The position numbers were made by a program, and so were the translations under genes. A DNA stretch of 64,000 nt from the IMG/VR virus record IMGVR_UViG_2933096044_000001, positions 1 to 64,000 of that record. One strand, given 5' to 3'. The notes under the pieces are model-generated. The model was not told the DNA's origin, ran no database searches, and saw nothing but the letters and a program-made list of their open reading frames with translations. Positions 57,751 to 64,000 of the stretch are shown piece by piece. The first letter of the stretch is position 1. Every line of letters starts with the position of its first letter. Origin of the DNA: a virus (lineage: Duplodnaviria > Caudoviricetes).

Positions 57751-57766
57751 GAGGGGCCTTCCTGGT

Positions 57767-58000
57767 TCAGGCGGCGCGGCCGAGCTGGGCGCGCAGCTCG
57801 TCGCGGTCTTCGGGGGTCGGGGGTACGGGGTCGCCGCGCCAGATACAGCCCTCGATCGTGGCGACGTCATCGTAGTCGTAGACGACCTCGCGGCCTGCAC
57901 GGCCGAGGACGCGCGCTTGGTAGCGGCGGGCCCACTGTCGGATGGTGCCGGGTTCGCGTTCGAGCCGGTCCGCGGCTTGGCGTGCGGTCGCTGGATGCAC
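57767..58000 (-). CDS. small HTH-like protein
   Basis: TARQAADRLEREPGTIRQWARRY; GGAGGTG RBS. Confidence 0.65.
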   Translation of the reverse strand: MHPATARQAADRLEREPGTIRQWARRYQARVLGRAGREVVYDYDDVATIEGCIWRGDPVPPTPEDRDELRAQLGRAA

Positions 58001-58574
58001 GTCTCACCTCCGCAAGGGTCGCGTTCGTGGACGTATCAGGCGATTCCGGACAGGCGAAAGCGTGAGATCGACGTGCTGTAGTCAACGCTGACAGGCGATT
58101 TCGCATGTCCGAAAGGGCAGAGATGGACGGAAAGTCGATCTTGTTAGGCGCGCTCTCAGCGCTTTGCCGAAGTTTCCGCAGGTCACGGACCTAAGCCGTG
58201 TGACAGGCACAGATCACCTGCCGACACGAAGTGTTACACAGCCGCCAGCCCGTCGCAACACGACCCGGACACCAGCAGAGAAGAGGGAAGAAACCGCCCA
58301 TGTCGCAGCACGGGAAACGACCCGCCTCATCACGCACGAGGGGCCACAATAGGGCACCAGCATGGCGACTCGTCGATCATGTGCTTAGGTGTACTTCACC
58401 AGTTGACAGTGGACGCCAGCAGTTACCATTAGAATTTCGCCGAAGAATGGCAACAATCGCCACAAAGAATCGCTAGGATGGCCTTAACTCGCCGCTTAAT
58501 TGGCTCCTCGGCGACGCGACCGCCGGGGGCGACCGCGCCCCCTCCCTCAGGGAGTCAACCACGAGGAGATGACC

Positions 58575-58685
58575 ATGTTAGGTGGCGACGCCCCAGAGGA
58601 CTCGGACGGTTGGGTCAGGCTGCTCCTGCTACTACAGGCGCTGCTGATCTCGCTGGACCTGTACCTCAGAGTCCAGGGGCTCTAG
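58575..58685 (+). CDS. 36-aa hydrophobic peptide (type I toxin-like, copy 2)
   Basis: GAGGAG RBS; MLGGDAPEDSDGWVRLLLLLQALLISLDLYLRVQGL; 14-bp perfect hairpin 58673-58705 over the stop. Confidence 0.65.
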   Translation: MLGGDAPEDSDGWVRLLLLLQALLISLDLYLRVQGL

Positions 58686-59063
58686 CTAGACGCTAGAGCC
58701 CCTGGGATAAACGAACGGCCCCGTCTCTGGTCTCCACCTACGGCGGGGTCGCTTCGTCTGTACCCACATCGTACAACCAAAATAACTACCCTGTACTATG
58801 AGATGAGGAAAACAGATTGCGGCCCCAAAAGCTCTAACGCCGGATATCGCAGATGCAGAAATGACTACGAGGTCACCGCAAAGATAAACATGGTGGCACT
58901 CTTCTACAAAATAAGCATCGTCGATACGGCTTCCCGCATAACGCTAACGATGCGGCTCACCTCAGAGCACTATCTCGTAGCACTTAGCGAGACACTCACA
59001 TGACGGAAGCACTGCTTAACACGTAGGCAGCGAACGACATCCGCGATCCATAACCTGCATCCG

Positions 59064-59846
59064 TCACCGATCCGCCTCCTCGGCGACCAGGCCCCGCTCC
59101 TCAACCTCGCCGACGTGCTTCCCGCACGCCCCACACACGAAGTACCCCACCCGCGCATCCCAGCGGAGATTCCGGTCACCGCACGAGCATCGCGCCGGCG
59201 TCCAGCTCGGCGGCTCGTCCTCCACCGCCCGCCGCAGACGCCGCTCCCAGCCGAGCGCTCCCTTCACCAGCTCGGCCGGCCCGGCCGCCGCCGCAGCAAG
59301 CACCGACTCCAGGTGATCCACCAGCCACGCCACCGCCCGCGACCTCGCCACCGCACCCCGAGCACCCGACGGACGCGGCGGAAACCCCAGCACCGCCCGC
59401 GCCTGATCCTCGAACCACAGCAGCTCCCCCACCAACTCGTCGAGGAGCTCCGCGTCCGGTGACACCGCAGGCTTCGGACGCGACCCCGACACCCGCGACC
59501 AGCGCGACGCCGGACGAAGACCATCCCCCCGCGCGGCCACCACCGACGCCAGCGCATCCACCACCAGCAACGCCCGCCTCGTCGTCGCCCGACACCTCCC
59601 ACAGACGAGCGGCTCCCCCGGCCGCCACGACACCTCAGGCTGAACCGGCTCCGCAGGCGGCTCACCCTCGGCGCCCTCCGACACCCACCGATCCACCGCA
59701 TCCGCATGCACATCACGCACCCGAAGGAACGCGGCCCACACCTCACGCGCCCTGTCGTTGCACGGCCCCACACACGCACGACCAGCCACCACGCACCACC
59801 CCTCCGGAGACGACCCAACACAGTACAAGATCAACTCCTTTCCCAA
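59064..59846 (-). CDS. Zn-finger-containing phage protein
   Basis: CVGPC, CGRC, CSCG, CGACG; start uncertain. Confidence 0.65.
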   Translation of the reverse strand: MGKELILYCVGSSPEGWCVVAGRACVGPCNDRAREVWAAFLRVRDVHADAVDRWVSEGAEGEPPAEPVQPEVSWRPGEPLVCGRCRATTRRALLVVDALASVVAARGDGLRPASRWSRVSGSRPKPAVSPDAELLDELVGELLWFEDQARAVLGFPPRPSGARGAVARSRAVAWLVDHLESVLAAAAAGPAELVKGALGWERRLRRAVEDEPPSWTPARCSCGDRNLRWDARVGYFVCGACGKHVGEVEERGLVAEEADR

Positions 59847-59954
59847 TGAACCAAGCCAAGTGGAGACCCTGGGGGCCTTCCGGAGGGGGGTTCGAGGGCG
59901 CGCGGAAGCCCCGCGCGCCTGGCTGGCGCGCGGGGCTCGCTGGCGTGGTTCGCG

Positions 59955-60677
59955 TTAGGCGCGTGTCCTGCGGTTCGGGCGGCGCTCCACACGTTCGCGT
60001 GCCTTCTCAGCGCTGCGCGCGTAACCGTTGATCTCGCGCAGCATGCCGTTCCGTGCGAGCTGATCCATGAGGCGTAGCGACTTCAGCGCTTCGACCACGT
60101 AGGAGGCATCCTCTTGGGCCTGTCCGGTGGCGTGCTGGCGCGCGTAGCGGGCTTCCTGGTCGTACCGGCCGAACTGGGGCGCGTCCCACGTGATCACTAC
60201 CTTGCCGTTCTCCGACGTCACGCGGACGTGAAGGAGGTAGCCGCACGTAGCGAGTAGGCGAGTGATCTCGGACGCCGCGCGCTGGACGGCTGCTAGGACG
60301 CCGGTCGGCTCCGGTTCGATCGGCTGCCGGATGTGCTCCAGCGGAACATCATCGATGATCGCGCCGGACCGGTGCTGGTGTAGCAGGTAGGACGTGTGCA
60401 GGGACGTGCGGCACGTGTCCGTGACGTACCACACTCCGTGCAGGTGGACGGCGGGACCGTGGTACTCCACGCCGCTGCCCTGCGGCGCGTAAGCGAGTAG
60501 GGCCGCGTGGCTGGTCTGGCTGCTCATGTAGACCTCGCGCTGAAGGTCTCCGAGCACGTGGCACTCTGCGTGGTTGATGCACTTGCCGCACCCGGCGCGG
60601 TGGTCGGCAAGCTCCTGCCGTGCGGCCTGTACGGCCTCGACGGCCACATATGCCGCGCCCCGCTTGATCGCGTTCAT
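59955..60677 (-). CDS. hypothetical protein (HxxxCxxC motif)
   Basis: GGGAG RBS; 240 aa. Confidence 0.7.
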   Translation of the reverse strand: MNAIKRGAAYVAVEAVQAARQELADHRAGCGKCINHAECHVLGDLQREVYMSSQTSHAALLAYAPQGSGVEYHGPAVHLHGVWYVTDTCRTSLHTSYLLHQHRSGAIIDDVPLEHIRQPIEPEPTGVLAAVQRAASEITRLLATCGYLLHVRVTSENGKVVITWDAPQFGRYDQEARYARQHATGQAQEDASYVVEALKSLRLMDQLARNGMLREINGYARSAEKARERVERRPNRRTRA

Positions 60678-60705
60678 GCTGGTTTCTCCCTGTGGTGGTT
60701 GGGGG

Positions 60706-61534
60706 TGTGGTGGGTGCCCCCGCCCCCATATGGGGCGGGGGCGGGGGTCACTTCTTGGGGGTCGCCTTGGGCTTGGCGGGGGCCTTCGGCTTGTCCGCGT
60801 CGACCTTGTCCGTCTCGGCCTTCTCCGCGTCGGCCTTTGCCTTGGCTTCCTCGCGGCGCGCGGCCTTCTCGTTCTTGGCCTTGGTGCGGCGCTCGACTTC
60901 GGCGCGTCCCTCGGCGCTGAGTTCCGCCATGAGGGCGGCGCGGGCGGGGTTCGTCTCCGACAGGTTCATGATCGCGTTGACCGTCTCGCGTTCCTGCGTA
61001 GACAGCTTGCTGCCCTTCTCGCCCTCGGGGGCGGGGGTGAGGGCGGCTGCGATGACCTCGAACGGGGCGGACACGTCGGGCTGGGTCGCGCGGTACAGGG
61101 CCGCGATGATCGCGCGGTCGGACTGCTCCGCCACGCCGTCCCAGGACACGGCGGGGTGCTCGTCGTCCAACTCGTACAGAGCCGCGCCCTCAACCACGAG
61201 CGTGGACGGGGCCACGTCGCGAAGGATCGGCCACGACTTCGGGGACGCGTCCCAACCGTGCTGAAGCGCTGCCAGCATGCCCACGAGCGGGATGCGGGCA
61301 CCGTTGCAACGCCACGCGAGACGGGCGGGGCTGTTGTTGCTGTCGTCGGAGTTGATCCGGCCGGTAGCGGGGACCAGCACGGCGGGGCGGGGGGTGCCGT
61401 CCGCCATAACGGTGAACCACGTAAGCACCGTGGTCAGCGCGGCCTTGATCGCGTCCGTGGTGGGCTTGGTAGCCATGAGGTGTTGCCTTTCGCTGTGGTG
61501 GGATGCCCCCGCCCAGCGGGGCGGGGGCGGGGGT
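60706..61534. repeat. duplicated ~42-bp G/C-tract leader (60706-60748 and 61494-61534)
   Basis: tgtggtggg(a)tgcccccgccc..ggggcgggggcgggggt upstream of two consecutive genes. Confidence 0.75.
60748..61476 (-). CDS. hypothetical protein with Lys/Ala-rich (histone H1-like) tail
   Basis: Start MATKPTTD; C-terminus KPKAPAKPKATPKK. Confidence 0.7.
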   Translation of the reverse strand: MATKPTTDAIKAALTTVLTWFTVMADGTPRPAVLVPATGRINSDDSNNSPARLAWRCNGARIPLVGMLAALQHGWDASPKSWPILRDVAPSTLVVEGAALYELDDEHPAVSWDGVAEQSDRAIIAALYRATQPDVSAPFEVIAAALTPAPEGEKGSKLSTQERETVNAIMNLSETNPARAALMAELSAEGRAEVERRTKAKNEKAARREEAKAKADAEKAETDKVDADKPKAPAKPKATPKK

Positions 61535-61537
61535 TTG

Positions 61538-62314
61538 CTACTCGCCCGCGTTACCGCTGGCGTTATGTGATTCTCGACGCTCGCGCCACCTGCGTACGGC
61601 GACATAGGACGCCGTAAGGGCTGCTGTCGCGAGTAACGCGCCGCCCGTGAGCAGAAGCGGCAGATTGATTCCCTCGTCCGACACGCGGCGCATGCTGGAA
61701 GCGCTCGGAGAGTCGGACGGGTCCGGCGTGACGGTGGTGTCCGGCGCGACGGTGACGGCAGGTCCGGGCGTGCCGTTCCTGCCGTTGATGCCGTCCCTGC
61801 CGGGCGTACCGGGGTTGCCCTGCCCGCCCGGCTCACCCTGGGGACCGGGCGAGCCTGCGGGACCGGTCGGACCGGGCTCGCCGGGCTCACCCTTCGGACC
61901 CTGGGGGCCTGCCGGACCCTGGTCTCCCTTCGGACCCTGCGGGCCTGCCGGACCCTCCGGACCCTGCGCGCCGGTCGGACCGGGCTCGCCCTGCGGACCC
62001 TGAGGACCGGGCGAACCCTGCACGCCTGCCGGACCCTGAGGACCGGGCGAACCGGCGGGGCCGGTGAGGGTCACCACGTCCATGCAGAGCGGGAACGGCA
62101 TCACGGTTTTGATCACCTGGGGCGGTTCACCGGGAACGGTGATCTCCGCCGTAGGCGTCACGGTGACGCACACCGGTACTTCGGCGTACGCCGTGGTGGT
62201 CGCGCTGCTAGGCACGACTTGTGCGGCGATGGCCAGCGTTGCGGCGGCGGTCGCTGCGCTGAGAAGCGCTGCTCTCGCTGCCCTGGCCGTTGATCGGTTT
62301 CTCACGCTGCACAC
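61538..62314 (-). CDS. secreted, C-terminally anchored collagen-like protein
   Basis: Signal peptide, about 33 Gly-X-Y triplets, C-terminal TM + RRWRERR. Confidence 0.85.
   Translation of the reverse strand: MCSVRNRSTARAARAALLSAATAAATLAIAAQVVPSSATTTAYAEVPVCVTVTPTAEITVPGEPPQVIKTVMPFPLCMDVVTLTGPAGSPGPQGPAGVQGSPGPQGPQGEPGPTGAQGPEGPAGPQGPKGDQGPAGPQGPKGEPGEPGPTGPAGSPGPQGEPGGQGNPGTPGRDGINGRNGTPGPAVTVAPDTTVTPDPSDSPSASSMRRVSDEGINLPLLLTGGALLATAALTASYVAVRRWRERRESHNASGNAGE
61543..61562. promoter_or_regulatory. palindromic element copy 6 (cgcccgcg-ttac-cgctggcg)
   Basis: At the 3' end of the collagen-like gene; 26/30 identical to the copy 1 context. Confidence 0.6.
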
Positions 62315-62776
62315 TCTCGTTTTTCGGATAACGGAGTGTCCAGTGTTGTCAAGTTTTCGTTATACACACGTTATAAGGCGGGGCTCCAGCTATACCCCAA
62401 TACCCCATCTGGCCTGCGACAACCTACTAAGTTGGGACGACAAACTAAGTTCCGGGCGCAGTCGAACCATGATCCACCGACCCGCGCCCAGCCGCCGCCA
62501 TAGTCACCTTTGGGTGGTGTCGAGGCTGGCTGGTGCGGTGTGGTTTTGCGCGTTGTTGTCGCTTGTGAGCGCTTATGTGTGCAGGGGTTTCTCCTTGTAC
62601 CGGTCTGCATGTGTTCGTGCTTGTGTGTGGACGCTGTCAGGTCTTTCGCTGGTGTTCCGTGTCTGGTCGTGGTCGAGGTTCTGCGTGTGGTCCTGTTTCA
62701 TGCGAAAACCCGTCATCGACGACCAGGACGGTTGGGCCTGGGTGGGTCGGTGACGGGTTGGTGGTGGTGCTGGTGG

Positions 62777-63568
62777 TTAGTCGTCTCGGGCGAGCCGGTC
62801 TGCGGCGCAGGATCGGCAGGGTTCGGCCATGTAGGGGTGGGTGGGGCACATGCGGCCGGCGCCGCGGTGTTCGCGGGGTGGTTGGGGCAGGTACTGGCTG
62901 GGGTCGGCGCGGAGTGCTCGGAGGACGTACCGGTAGGGGTTTTTCACGGTGCTGTGGGCGCGGCCGAGGATGTCGCGCCGGATCTGCGCGGCTTGCTGGT
63001 CCGTGAGGTCCTGCGCGGCGAGCGGAGCGAGTTCGCGCTTGAGCATCTCGTCTACCTGGGAAAAGTCCTGTCCGTCTGTCTGGTTGTTGTCGTGGTCGCG
63101 CGGGGGGTACGGCGGGATAGATGACTGACTAGAGAAGTTGTGTTGGGAGTGGGATTGGGATGGGATTGGGGCAGCGTCTTGCGACACGTCGTCGGACGCG
63201 TCACGAGACGCGTCTCCCTGTGATCTTGACTGGTCTCGTTTCCGCTCAAGCCACCGCTCTTGACGTGCTCGTTTAGCGTCACGACCCTCCCTGATCTTCT
63301 CTGCGGAAGGCTGATATTCGAGGTAATCGTGCACGCACCAACCTGAGTCCGTTCTCTCCCACAAACCGACCGAAACCAGCTCACTCGCGTACCGTTTCGG
63401 AGCGCGAATGTCGCTCACGAACCTCAGGTCACGCTCCGGGATCACCCCGTCGGTCAAGTTGTCGTTGCACCAGCACAGACCACTCACGAACAGGCGGAAC
63501 GCCTGGTCGGACAGGTGCCGCACCTTCCGATGGTGCGGAAACTGATCATCGACACGAACCCACGGCAT
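62777..63568 (-). CDS. phage replication initiator (RepA/O-like)
   Basis: MPWVRVDDQFPHHRKV..CWC..NLTDG, VHDYLEYQPS; internal repeats; AAGGAAGG RBS. Confidence 0.75.
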   Translation of the reverse strand: MPWVRVDDQFPHHRKVRHLSDQAFRLFVSGLCWCNDNLTDGVIPERDLRFVSDIRAPKRYASELVSVGLWERTDSGWCVHDYLEYQPSAEKIREGRDAKRARQERWLERKRDQSRSQGDASRDASDDVSQDAAPIPSQSHSQHNFSSQSSIPPYPPRDHDNNQTDGQDFSQVDEMLKRELAPLAAQDLTDQQAAQIRRDILGRAHSTVKNPYRYVLRALRADPSQYLPQPPREHRGAGRMCPTHPYMAEPCRSCAADRLARDD

Positions 63569-63776
63569 CGAGCGCCGCCCTTCCCTTCCTGAACATGAAG
63601 CGGGGACCCGCCACCGAGGGAAGTGGTCGAGCCCCCACCGTATATGCGCCGATATGTGCCCTGCGGCCCTGGCCAGGTTCGCGTGCTCCGATCATGCCGG
63701 GTGCTTCACGGCCCCGGGGAGTGGAGCGGCGATGCAAGTTGGTGCAGCCTTGTTGTAGTTCCTGCGTTAACCACCT

Positions 63777-64000
63777 TCACGCGCGCCGTGACGTCCGCCC
63801 CGTCAGGTCGTACACCTCACGCCGGCGCGGGTCGGACAACACGTCCCATGCCTCCGTCACCGCCTTGAACCGCTCGGCCGCCGCGGCGTCGCCCGGGTGT
63901 AGGTCCGGGTGGAGCTGGCGGGCCAGGCGCCGGTACGCCCTCTTGATGTCGAGCGCGGTGGCCCTCTGGTCGACGCCGAGCCGCTCGTGCAGTCCGCCCG
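63777..64000 (-). CDS. J-domain (DnaJ-like) protein, 5' end outside the window
   Basis: Hand translation [26 protein letters not shown]...[14 protein letters not shown]; not in the ORF track. Confidence 0.85.
   Translation of the reverse strand, partial: GGLHERLGVDQRATALDIKRAYRRLARQLHPDLHPGDAAAAERFKAVTEAWDVLSDPRRREVYDLTGRTSRRA

Larger units (their letters stand above)
23241..64000 (-). mobile_element. siphovirus prophage (continues past the window end)
   Basis: Full ordered terminase-portal-head-tail-lysis gene set plus early genes. Confidence 0.92.

Noticed and set aside
58403-58435. Sigma70-type promoter at TTGACA
   Set aside because: Candidate -10 boxes are at 15 or 21 bp spacing; not supportable without TSS data.
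61780-62065. Tandem DNA repeats as a non-coding element
   Set aside because: Fully explained by Gly-X-Y collagen codons.

Overview
High-GC actinomycete DNA that is almost entirely mobile element. It starts at an att site: the 3' half of tRNA-Arg(CCG) at 79-122, with a 17-bp arm-type repeat on each side. 0.25-11.1 kb is an AICE-type module: tyrosine integrase, Xis, an FtsK/TraB-like ATPase, membrane spread-type genes, a TGGTCCGGT repeat cluster resembling a clt, a WhiB-like gene and two GntR regulators. No Rep gene is recognisable there. 11.3-17.9 kb is an FxLD class I lanthipeptide cluster: precursor, split LanB, LanC and an elimination-domain/PIMT fusion. 18-23.2 kb is a kinase/methyltransferase/SLOG/HTH-TPR cassette. 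23.3-64 kb is a minus-strand siphovirus prophage with lysis, tail, head, portal and terminase genes, ParB-like and Dam-like genes, a second tyrosine recombinase with a dif-like 11-6-11 site, a Rep initiator with iterons and a J-domain gene. Main leads: (1) a 20-bp palindrome CGCCAGCG-N4-CGCTGGCG occurs six times at gene junctions in both the virion operon and the conjugation module, suggesting one phage-conjugative hybrid element; (2) two homologous ~35-aa hydrophobic peptides, each with a TTA codon, sit in hairpin-rich antisense cassettes (candidate type I toxin-antitoxin family); (3) a truncated paralog of the tail hub protein; (4) a Xer-like resolution module; (5) a lanthipeptide cluster without a transporter as possible defence cargo. 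All calls come from reading the sequence and ORF track by eye; no searches were run.
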